Source of the DNA: Bugula neritina
Taxonomy: Eukaryota; Animalia; Bryozoa
NCBI GenBank assembly: GCA_964035545.1
Contig: OZ037766.1
Coordinates: 33,445,923-33,509,922, forward strand
Length of the DNA: 64,000 nucleotides
Reading direction: 5' to 3'
Shown: positions 51,201-62,990 of the stretch, one piece after another
Layout: each line of letters begins with the position of its first letter
Position numbering within the stretch: the stretch's first letter is position 1
Notes under the pieces: generated by a model
What the model was told of the DNA's origin: nothing
Database searches by the model: none
The model's input: the letters and a program-made list of their open reading frames with translations, nothing else
Program-made: the position numbers and the translations under genes

Positions 51201-54200
51201 ATTTGCAAGATCTCATGCTATGAAAGTGACTAAAATTGTCTTCTTTCTTTAATCGATAACTTCGCAATTTTTTCATCATTTAAAAAATTGAAAGCCTTAG
51301 TTACCAACTTTAAATGCAATTTTAGAGCTGAAGGAATCATCAAATGCTTACGAAAATATTATTTTTGAAATCCTTAGATTTTTTTGCACTAGAAAAGTCT
51401 AAAATCTAAAAATTGGAAATTAATTTCAAATTTAAGTATTTCCAAATTAAACCTTCATTTACTACACTTAATAAACGCCGCCACATCCCCGGTTTTGTCG
51501 CGACTGGTCACATATACTCTAGTCCCTGTAATATATGCTCTAGTGTGTGTAATATATACTCTAGTTTCTGTAATATATGCAGGCATTCAAGGGCGCCGGT
51601 GTCAAGGCTAATCCAAGAGAAATTGCTTCTAAAATAGTTGAGGCTCTTCCCCCAAATGACACCATTGCTAAGGTACTCTTCTCTATATAATATACTATAA
51701 AATGACACCATTGCTAAGGTACTCTTCTCTATATGATATACTATAAAATGACACCATTGCTAAGGTACTCTTCTCTATATGATATACTATAAAATGACAC
51801 CATTGCTAAAGTATTCTTCTCTATATAATATACTATTAAATGACACCATTGCTAAGGTACTCTTCTCTATATAATATACTATAAAATGACACCATTACTA
51901 AAGTACTCTTCTCTATATGATATACTATAAAATGACACCATTGCTAAAGTACTCTTCTCTATATGATATACTATAAAATGACACCATTGCTAAAGTATTC
52001 TTCTCTATATAATATACTATTAAATGACACCATTACTAAGGTACTCTTCTCTATATGATATACTATAAAATGACACCATTGCTAAAGTATTCCTCTCTAT
52101 ATAATATACTATTAAATGACACCATTACTAAGGTACTCTTCTCTATATGATATACTATAAAATGACACCATTGCTAAAGTATTCCTCTCTATATAATATA
52201 CTATTAAATGACACCATTGCTAAGGTACTTTTCTCTATATAATATACTATAAAATGACACCATTACTAAGGTACTCTTCTCTATATGATATACTATAAAA
52301 TGACACCATTACTAAAGTATTCTTCTCTATATGATATACTATTCAATGACACCATTGCTAAGGTACTCTTCTCTATATGATGTACTATTCAATGACACCA
52401 TTGCTAAGGTACTCTTCTCTATATGATATACTATTCAATGACACCATTGCTAAGGTACTCTTCTCTATATGATATACTATTCAATGACACCATTGCTAAG
52501 GTACTCTTCTCTATATAATATACTATTCAATGACACCATTGCTAAGGTACTCTTCTTTATATAATATACTATTAAATGACACCATTGCTAAGGTACTCAT
52601 CTATTACATAATTGTTGTAGACTGAGATAGCAGGTCCTGGATTTATTAACATTTTCTTGAGTAAGGATTTCGTAGCCTCTCAACTTCAAACCATGCTGGT
52701 GGAGGGGGTAAGAGCCCCCTATCTTGGGGAGAGAAAGAGGGTTCTAGTTGACTTTTCTTCTCCTAACATTGCTAAGGAAATGCATGTTGGACACTTGAGG
52801 CAAGTGTCTATTATTATACTATAATATACAGGTAGCTATTATGTAATATTATACAGGTAAATATTATGTAATATTATACAGGTAACTATTATGTAATAAT
52901 ATACAGGTAACTATTATGTAATAATATACAGGTAACTACTATGTAATAATATACAGGTAACTATTATGTAATAATATACAGGTAACTATTATGTAATAAT
53001 ATACAGGTAACTGTTATGTAATATTATACAGGTAACTATTATGTAATAATATACAGGTAACTGTTATGTAATATTATACAGGTAACTATTATGTAATAAT
53101 ATACAGGTAACTATTATGTAATATTATACAGGTAACTATTATGTAATAATATACAGGTAACTATTATGTAATAATATACAGGTAACTATTATGTAATAAT
53201 ATACAGGTAACTATTATGTAATAATATACAGGTAACTATTATGTAATAATATACAGGTGGTAACTGTTATGTAATATTATACAGGTAACTATTATGTAAT
53301 AATATACAGGTAACTGTTATGTAATATTATACAGGTAACTGTTATGTAATAATATACAGGTAACTGTTATGTAATAATATACAGGTAACTGTTATGTAAT
53401 ATAATACACATAACTATTATGTAATAATATGCAGGTCAACTATCATAGGAGACAGTATTAGCAACTTGTGTGAGTTCCTCGGCCATGATGTAGTTCGAGT
53501 GAACCACGTAGGTGACTGGGGCACACAGTTTGGTATGTTGATAGCTCACCTGCAGGACAAGTTCCCAAACTACGCCAAAGAGTCTCCTCCTATAGCAGAT
53601 CTTCAGGCTTTTTATAAGGTATGACTTGATAATATAATGTGTTAGTATTGACATGTTATATGTTAGTATTGACATGTCATATGTTAGTATTGACATGTCA
53701 TGTGTTAGTATTGATATGTCATGTATTAGTATTGACATGTCATATGTTAGTATTGACATGTCATGTGTTAGTATTGATATGTCATGTGTTAGTATTGACA
53801 TGTCATATGTTAGTATTGACATGTCATATGTTAGTATTGACATGTCATATGTTAGTATTGACATGTCATGTGTTAGTATTGACATGTCATATGTTAGTAT
53901 TGACATGTCATGTATTAGTATTGACATGTCATGTGTTAGTATTGACATGTCATGTGTTAGTATTGATATGTCATGTATTAGTATTGACATGTCATATGTT
54001 AGTATTGACATGTCATGTGTTAGTACTGCTACTTTTCAAGGAATCCAAGAAGAGGTTTGATGCGGAGAAGGAGTTCAAGGCGAGAGCTTACCAGGCGGTA
54101 GTGAAACTTCAGTCACATGACCAGGAACATTTGGCAGCTTGGAATCTGATATGTGATGTGTCAAGGAAAGGTGTGTGGTAATATAGGGAATATATACAGT

Positions 54201-57200
54201 ATAGGGAATATACAGTATAGGGAATATACAGTGTAGGGAATATACTGTATTTATTTTATATAGCAACTTTTTAGAGTTTCAAAAAATCTATGACAGACTG
54301 CAAATTAGAATTGAAGAAAAGGGAGAATCTTTTTATCAAGACAGGATGAGTTCAGTTGTGAAGGAATTGGAAAAAGGAGGTCAGTATGTTATCAGTATAC
54401 AGTCAGTATATAGTCAGTATATAGTCAGTATATAGTCAGTATACAGTCAGTATATAGTCAGTATACAGTCAGTATATAGTCAGTATATAGTCAGTGTACA
54501 GTCAGTATATAGTCAGTGTACAGTCAGTATATAGTCAGTATATAGTCAGTATATAGTCAGTATACAGTCAGTATACAGTCAGTATATAGTCAGTATATAA
54601 TCAGTATATAATCAGTATATAGTCAGTATACAGTCAGTATACAGTCAGTATATAATCAGTATATAGTCAGTATACAGTCAGTGTACAGTCAGTATAGAGT
54701 CAGTATATAGTCAGTATACAGTCAGTATACAGTCAGTATACAGTCAGTATACAGTCAGTATACAGTCAGTATACAGTCAGTATACAGTCAGTATACAGTC
54801 AGTATACAGTCAGTATACAGTCAGTATACAGTCAGTATACAGTCAGTATAGAGTCAGTATATAGTCAGTATACAGTCAGTATACAGTCAGTATATAGTCA
54901 GTATGTTATCAGTATATAGTCAGTATACAGTCAGTATACAGTTAGTATACAGTCAGTATACAGTCAGTATACAGTCAGTATACAGTCAGTATACAGTCAG
55001 TATACAGTCAGTATACAGTCAGTATACAGTCAGTATACAGTCAGTATACAGTCAGTATATAGTCAGTATATAGTCAGTATACAGTCAGTATATAATCAGT
55101 ATACAGTCAGTATGGAGTCAGTATGGAGTCAGTATACAGTCAGTATATAGTCAGTGTACAGTCAGTATATAGTCAGTATACAGTCAGTGTACAGTCAGTA
55201 TACAGTCAGTATATAGTCAGTATATAGTCAGTATACAGTCAGTATACAGTCAGTATACAGTCAGTATATAATCAGTATATAGTCAGTATACAGTCAGTGT
55301 ACAGTCAGTATACAGTCAGTATATAGTCAGTATACAGTCAGTATATAGTCAGTATACAGTCAGTATGGAGTCAGTATGGAGTCAGTATACAGTCAGTATA
55401 TAGTCAGTGTACAGTCAGTATATAGTCAGTATACAGTCAGTATATAGTTAATATACAGTCATTTTGTCACTATTGTAGGGTATTTAACCAAAGAGGAAGG
55501 CAGAACACTCATGTTCATACCAGGAGCCTCAATCCCCATGACTCTAGTGAAGTCGGATGGTGGATATACATACGACACGTCTGATATGGCAGCCATTAAG
55601 TATAGACTGTTTGAGGAGAATGCTGACTGGATACTCTATGTGGTGGATGCTGGACAGGTAGCTTCTTATATATACTCTACAGAATATCTATACTCTTATA
55701 TCATTATATAGTATATTCATCTACAGAATGTCTATACTCTTATATCATTATATAGCATATACTCTACAGAATATCTATACTCTTATATCATTATATAGTA
55801 TATTCATCTACAGAATGTCTATACTCTTATATCATTATATAGCATATACTCTACAGAATGTCTATACTCTTATACCATTATATAGTATATTCATCTACAG
55901 AATATCTATACTCTTATATCATTATATAGCATATACTCTACAGAATGTCTATACTCTTATATCATTATATAGTATATTCATCTACAGAATATCTATACTA
56001 TTATATCATTATATAGTATATACTCTACAGAATGTCTATGCTCTTATACCATTATATAGTATATACTCTACAGAATATCTATACTGTTATATCATTATAT
56101 AGTATATTCATCTACAGAATATCTATACTCTTATATCATTATATAGTATATTCTCTACAGAATATCTATACTATTATATCATTATATAGTATATACTCTA
56201 CAGAATGTCTATACTCTCATATGATTATACAGGGAACACATCTAGAGAATGTCTATGCGGCTGCCAGACACGTAGGTTGGTACAAGGCGACCGAAAAGAG
56301 GGTGGAGCACATAGGGTTTGGGGTTGTACTTGGTGAAGACAAGAAGAAGTTCAAAACGAGGTCAGGAGATACTGTGAGGTTGGTGGACCTGTTGGAAGAG
56401 GGGTGCAGAAGGAGTGGAGAGAAGCTGAGGGAGAAGGGGAGAGATAAGGTGTATATTGTACCTCTGTAATATAATATATTGTAACTCTGTAGTATAATAT
56501 ATTGTACCTCTGTAATATAATATATTGTACCTCTGTAATATAATATATTGTACCTCTGTAATATAATATATAGTACCTCTGTAATATAATATATTGCACC
56601 TCTGTAATATAATATATTGTAACTCTGTAATATAATATATTGCACCTCTGTAATACAATATATTGCACCTCTGTAATATAATATATTGTACCTCTGTAAT
56701 ATAATATATTGTCACTCTGTAATATAATATATAGTACCTCTGTAATATAATATATTGTAACTATGTAATATAATATATTGCACCTCTCTAATATAATATA
56801 TAGTACCTCTGTAATATAATATATTGTACCTCTGTAATATAATATATTGTAACTCTGTAATATAATATATTGTACCTCTGTAATATAATATATTGCACCT
56901 CTGTAATATAATATATTGTACCTCTGTAATATAATATATTGCACCTCTCTAATATAATATATTGTACCTCTGTAATATAATATATTGTACCTCTGTAATA
57001 TAATATATTGCACCTCTCTAATATAATATATTGTACCTCTGTAATATAATATATTGTACCTCTGTAATATAATATATTGTACCTCTGTAATATAATATAT
57101 TGTACCTCTGTAATATAATATATTGCACCTCTGTAGTATAATATATTGTAACTCTGTAATATAATATATTGTACCTCTGTAATATAATATATTGTAACTC

Positions 57201-60200
57201 TGTAATATAATATATTGTACCTCTGTAATATAATATATTGCACCTCTGTAATATAATATATTGTACCTCTGTAATATAATATATTGTACCTCTGTAATAT
57301 AATATATTGTACCTCTGTAATATAATATATTGTACCTCTGTAATATAATATATTGCACCTCTCTAATATAATATATTGTACCTCTGTAATATAATATATT
57401 GTACCTCTGTAATATAATATATTGTACCTCTGTAATATAATATATTGTAACTCTGTAATATAATATATTGTAACTCTGTAATATAATATATTGTAACTCT
57501 GTAGTATAATATATTGTAACTCTGTAATATAATATATATTGTACCTCTGTAATATAATATATTGTAACTCTGTAATATAATATATTGTACCTCTGTAATA
57601 TAATATATTGTAACTCTGTAATATAATATATTGTACCTCTGTAATATAATATATTGTACCTCTGTAATATAATATATTGTAACTCTGTAATATAATATAT
57701 TGTACCTCTGTAATACAATATATTGCACCTCTGTAATATAATATATAGTACCTCTGTAATATAATATATAGTACCTCTGTAATATAATATATTGTACCTC
57801 TGTAATATAATATATTGTACCTCTGTAATATAATATATTGTACCTCTGTAATATAATATATTGTAACTCTGTAATATAATATATTGTAACTCTGTAATAT
57901 AATATATTGTAACTCTGTAGTATAATATATTGTAACTCTGTAATATAATATATATTGTACCTCTGTAATATAATATATTGTAACTCTGTAATATAATATA
58001 TTGTACCTCTGTAATATAATATATTGTAACTCTGTAATATAATATATTGTACCTCTGTAATATAATATATTGTACCTCTGTAGTATAATATATTGTAACT
58101 CTGTAATATAATATATTGCACCTCTGTAATATAATATATTGTACCTCTGTAATATAATATATTGTACCTCTGTAATATAATATATAGTAACTCTGTAATA
58201 TAATATATTGTAACTCTGTAATATAATATATTGCACCTCTGTAATATAATATATTGTACCTCTGTAATATAATATATTGCACCTCTGTAATATAATATAT
58301 TGTACCTCTGTAATATAATATATTGTACCTCTGTAATATAATATATTGTACCTCTGTAATATAATATATTGTACCTCTGTAGTATAATATATTGTACCTC
58401 TGTAGTATAATATATTGTAACTCTGTAATATAATATATTGTACCTCTGTAATATAATATATTGTACCTCTGTAATATAATATATTGTCACTCTGTAATAT
58501 AATATATTGTAACTATGTAATATAATATTATATTGTACCTCTGTAATATAATATATTGTAACTCTGTAATATAATATATTGTAACTCTGTAATATAATAT
58601 ATTGTAACTCTGTAGTATAATATATATTGTAACAAGGATGTCTATTGGGTTGATATTTTGTTGAAGGAATTAACTGCTGAAGAACTTGTTGCTGCCAGGA
58701 ATGCAGTCGCATATGGCTGTGTCAAGTATGCTGACTTGAGTCATAATCGTACTAATGACTACGTCTTCTCTTTTGATAAGGTATTGATATGATATGATAT
58801 GATACTGATAATACTATGATAGTATACTGATAATACTATGATATGATACTGATGATACTATGATATGATATGATACTGATAATACTATGATATGATACTG
58901 ATGATACTATGATATGATATGATACTGATGATACTATGATATGATATGATACTGATGATACTATGATATGATACTGATGATACTATGATATGATATGATA
59001 CTGATGATACTATGATACGATACTGATAATACTATGATATGATATGATACTGATGATACTATGATATGATATGATACTGATGATACTATGATATGATATG
59101 ATATGATATGATACTGATGATACTATGATATGATATGATACTGATGATACTATGATATGATACTGATAATACTATGATATGATATGATACTGATAATACT
59201 ATGATATGATATGATACTGATGATACTATGATATGATATGATACTGATGATACTATGATATGATATGATACTGATGATACTATGATACGATACTGATAAT
59301 ACTATGATATGATATGATACTGATGATACTATGATATGATATGATACTGATGATACTATGATATGATATGATACTGATGATACTATGATACGATACTGAT
59401 AATACTATGATATGATATGATACTGATGATACTATGATATGATATGATATGATACTGATGATACTATGATATGATATGATACTGATAATACTATGATATG
59501 ATACTGATAATACTATGATATGATATGATACTGATAATACTATGATATGATATGATACTGATGATACTATGATATGATACTGATGATACTATGATATGAT
59601 ATGATACTGATGATACTATGATACGATACTGATAATACTATGATATGATATGATACTGATGATACTATGATATGATATGATACTGATGATATGATATGAT
59701 ATGATACTGATGATACTATGATATGATATGATACTGATGATACTATGATATGATATGATACTGATACTACTATGATATGATACTGATACTACTATGATAC
59801 GATACTGATAATACTATGATATGATACTGATACTATGGTACTATGGTTTACTGATGAGGTACTAAATGTTGAAAATAGTTAATTATTGTAGATGCTGGAT
59901 GACAAAGGAAATACAGCTGCGTATTTGTTGTATACCTACACTAGAATAAGGTAAGTGTATTATTCACACACTGTATCTACTGGTACTAGAATAAGGTAAG
60001 TGTATTATTCACACACTGTATCTACTGATACTAGAATAAGGTAATTGTATTATTCACATACTGTATATACTGATACTAGAATAAGGTAAGTGTATTATTC
60101 ACACACTGTATCTACTGATACTAGAATAAGGTAATTGTATTATTCACACACTGTATCTACTGATACTAGAATAAGGTAAGTGTATTATTCACACACTGTA

Positions 60201-62844
60201 TCTAGTGATACTAGAATAAGGTAAGTGTATTATTCACACACAGCATATACTGACACTAGAATAAGGTGATGAGATATAATGTATAATGTTTGTTTTCAGA
60301 TCAATAGCCAGACTTGCTAATGTAAGTGCTGAGGCTTTGGGGGAGGCTGCCAGGACTACCCTTCCTTCTATTGAACATCCTGCTGAATGGAAACTTGCTA
60401 AGTTTATTCTCAGATTTCCCCAGGTGATTGCATATCATGTACTACCCTACCCTACCCCCTACCTAACCCCTTACTCTACCACCTACCCCCTACCCTACCC
60501 CCTACCTAACCCCTACCCCTTACCCTACACTATACTCTATACTACACTACTCTATACTACTCTATACTACTCTATAGTCTATACTACTCTATACTACTCT
60601 ATAGTCTATACTACTCTATACTACTCTATAGTCTATACTACTCTATAGTCTATACTACTCTATACTCTATACTACTCTATAGTCTATACTACTCTATAGT
60701 CTATACTACTCTATAGTCTATACTACTCTACTCTTACTACTCTACTCTATACTACTCTATACTACTGTACTCTATACTCTATACTACTCTACTCTATACT
60801 ACTCTACTCTACTCTACTCTACTCTACTCTACTCTACTCTACTCTATACTACTCTACTCTATACTACTCTACTCTTACTACTCTACTCTATACTACTCTA
60901 TACTACTGTACTCTATACTCTATACTACTCTACTCTATACTACTCTACTCTACTCTACTCTACTCTACTCTACTCTACTCTACTCTACTCTACTCTATAC
61001 TACTCTACTCTATACTACTCTACTCTATACTACTCTACTCTACTCTACTGTAGGTGATAGCCCAGGTAACAGCTGAAATGTGTCTACACTTCCTGTGCGA
61101 GTATCTCTACGACTTGTCCCGGGCTTACACCGAGTTCTACGACAACTGTTATTGCGTAGAGAAAGACAGAGTTACTGGTTAGTTGTGTTATATTATATTA
61201 TATTATATTATACTGGTTAGTTGTGTTATATTATATTATATTATATTATACTGGTTAGTTGTGTTATATTATATTATATTATATTATACTGGTTAGTTGT
61301 GTTATATTATATTATATTATATTATACTGGTTAGTTGTGTTATATTATACTGGTTAGTTGTGTTATATTATATTATATTATATTATACTGGTTAGTTGTG
61401 TTATATTATATTATATTATATTATACTGGTTAGTTGTGTTATATTATATTATATTATATTATACTGGTTAGTTGTGTTATATTATATTATATTATATTAT
61501 ACTGGTTAGTTGTGTTATATTATATTATATTATATTATACTGGTTAGTTGTGGTATATTATATTATATTATATTATACTGGTTAGTTGTGTTATATTATA
61601 TTATATTATATTATACTGGTTAGTTGTGTTATATTATATTATATTATATTATACTGGTTAGTTGTGTTATATTATATTATATTATACTGGTTAGTTGTGT
61701 TATATTATATTATATTATACTGGTTAGTTGTGTTATATTATATTATATTATATTATACTGGTTAGTTGTGTTATATTATATTATATTATATTATACTGGT
61801 TAGTTGTGTTATATTATATTATATTATATTATATTATATTATATTATACTGGTTAGTTGTGTTATATTATATTATATTATATTATACTGGTTAGTTGTGT
61901 TATATTATATTATATTATATTATATTATATTATACTGGTTAGTTGTGTTATATTATATTATATTATATTATACTGGTTAGTTGTGTTATATTATATTATA
62001 TTATATTATACTGGTTAGTTGTGTTATATTATATTATATTATATTATACTGGTTAGTTGTGTTATATTATATTATATTATATTATACTGGTTAGTTGTGT
62101 TATATTATATTATATTATATTATATTATACTGGTTAGTTGTGTTATATTATATTATATTATATTATATTATACTGGTTAGTTGTGTTATATTATATTATA
62201 TTATATTATATTATACTGGTTAGTTGTGTTATATTATATTATATTATATTATATTATACTGGTTAGTTATATTATATTATATTATATTATATTATATTAT
62301 ACTGGTTAGTTGTGTTATATTATATTATATTATATTATACTGGTTAGTTGTGTTATATTATATTATATTATATTATACTGGTTAGTTGTGTTATATTATA
62401 TTATACTGGTTAGTTGTGTTATATTATATTATACTGGTTAGTTGTGTTATATTATATTATATTATATTATATTATACTGGTTAGTTGTGTTATATTATAT
62501 TATACTGTTTAGTTGTGTTATATTATATTATACTGGTTAGTTATATTATATTATATTATATTATACTGGTTAGTTGGACATTCTTGTTAGTTTTCAGTAT
62601 TCTACTCTGTATATGTTATAGTATATGTTGTATTATATGTTATAGTATATGTTATAGTATATATTATTGTATGTCTTATAGTATATATTATTGTATTTCT
62701 TATAGTATATTTAACAGTATATACATTATTTCAGGGGAGATAATCAAAGTGAATACTGGAAGATTGTTACTTTGTGAGGGAACTGCCAATGTGATGGCAA
62801 AATCTTTTAGCATATTGGGACTGCAGCCTGTCTCTAAGATGTAG
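45252..62844 (+). CDS. RARS1: Arginyl-tRNA synthetase, cytoplasmic (~678 aa, 15 exons)
   Basis: Exons 45252-45305, 46646-46807, 47610-47816, 51583-51672, 52621-52799, 53435-53618, 54041-54170, 54275-54379, 55479-55657, 56233-56448, 58667-58780, 59892-59950, 60300-60423, 61054-61177, 62735-62844; 2037 nt in frame. Motifs [41 protein letters not shown] (HIGH), [49 protein letters not shown]; N-terminal coiled-coil extension typical of metazoan cytoplasmic ArgRS. Confidence 0.97.
46238..46597. repeat. 18-bp repeat CAAGTTAGGG(A/G)TATACAC, ~20 copies, RARS intron 1
   Basis: Most units contain TTAGGG. Confidence 0.96.
46821..47605. repeat. 31-bp repeat GTAGTTATAGTAACTGTGTGTAGTATACTGA, ~25 copies, RARS intron 2
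   Basis: Fills the intron to within a few nt of the acceptor. Confidence 0.97.
47822..48267. repeat. 21-bp repeat TGTAATATATAC(C/T)CTAGTGTG, RARS intron 3 (resumes at 51513-51578 after the transposon)
   Basis: Same unit on both sides of the TIR element. Confidence 0.95.
48268..51512. mobile_element. Non-autonomous DNA transposon with imperfect terminal inverted repeats and TA target duplication, in RARS intron 3
   Basis: Left end TGTGACCTGGCACCACAAAACAAGGGATGT vs reverse complement of right end TGTGACCAGTCGCGACAAAACCGGGGATGT (24/30). Second symmetric inverted match 48456-48479 / 51300-51323 (20/24) ~188 bp inside each end. Splits a 21-bp repeat unit and leaves an extra TA. No transposase ORF seen. 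Confidence 0.85.
51655..52600. repeat. 46-bp donor-spanning repeat AATGACACCATTGCTAAG|GTACTCTTCTCTATATAATATACTATAA, ~21 copies, RARS intron 4
   Basis: Unit = last 18 nt of exon 4 + first 28 nt of intron. Confidence 0.98.
52825..53445. repeat. 25-bp repeat ATACAG|GTAACTATTATGTAATAAT, ~24 copies, RARS GC-AG intron 5
   Basis: Unit resembles the real acceptor junction AATAATATGCAG|GTCAACTATCAT. Confidence 0.97.
53638..54025. repeat. 21-bp repeat TGTTAGTATTGACATGTCAT(A/G), RARS intron 6
   Basis: ~18 copies; palindromic core TGACATGTCA. Confidence 0.96.
54380..55460. repeat. 11-bp repeat AGTCAGTATA(C/T), ~98 copies, RARS intron 8
   Basis: Core GTCAGTAT equals the intron's own donor (AG|GTCAGTAT at 54380). 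Confidence 0.97.
55665..56225. repeat. ~43-bp repeat TCTACAGAAT(A/G)TCTATACTCTTATATCATTATATAGTATA.., RARS intron 9
   Basis: Two alternating variants. Confidence 0.94.
56453..58632. repeat. 23-bp minisatellite TGTA(C/A)CTCTGTAATATAATATAT, ~95 copies, RARS intron 10
   Basis: Source of the 449-643 aa minus-strand spurious ORFs. Confidence 0.98.
58785..59840. repeat. Compound (TGATA)n / GATACTGATGATACTATGATAT repeat, RARS intron 11
   Basis: Direct reading. Confidence 0.96.
59940..60268. repeat. 45-bp donor-spanning repeat ACTAGAATAAG|GTAAGTGTATTATTCACACACTGTATCTACTGAT, RARS intron 12
   Basis: Donor copies at 59951, 59996, 60041, 60086, 60131, 60176, 60221, 60266. Confidence 0.97.
60440..61050. 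repeat. Pyrimidine-rich (TACCC)/(TACTC)n compound repeat, RARS intron 13
   Basis: Direct reading. Confidence 0.93.
61174..62576. repeat. Donor-spanning repeat ACTG|GTTAGTTGTGT(TATAT)n, ~37 copies, RARS intron 14
   Basis: First copy is the real donor; variable internal pentamer number. Confidence 0.97.
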
Positions 62845-62947
62845 CACTGTATAGTTACACTGGTAGATGTAGCACTGCATAGTTACACTGGTAGATGTAG
62901 CACTGCATAGTTACACTGGTAGATGTAGCACTGCATAGTTACACTGT
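62837..62947. repeat. 28-bp repeat AGATGTAGCACTGCATAGTTACACTGGT spanning the RARS stop codon, 4 copies
   Basis: First copy contains the terminal ATG TAG of the CDS. Confidence 0.93.
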
Positions 62948-62984
62948 TTATCTGTAGATAAATATCCACATGTTTTTATCTCAA

Positions 62985-62990
62985 AATAAA
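62985..62990 (+). terminator. Putative polyadenylation signal of RARS1
   Basis: AATAAA ~140 nt after the stop codon. Confidence 0.5.

Noticed and set aside
56351-58712. 449-643 aa minus-strand ORFs
   Set aside because: Open in several frames only because of the 23-bp repeat in RARS intron 10.
60421-61062. AGGTGAT(T/A)GC direct repeat at both ends of RARS intron 13 as evidence of recent intron gain
   Set aside because: Mostly explained by the AG|GT proto-splice consensus; needs ortholog intron positions to evaluate.
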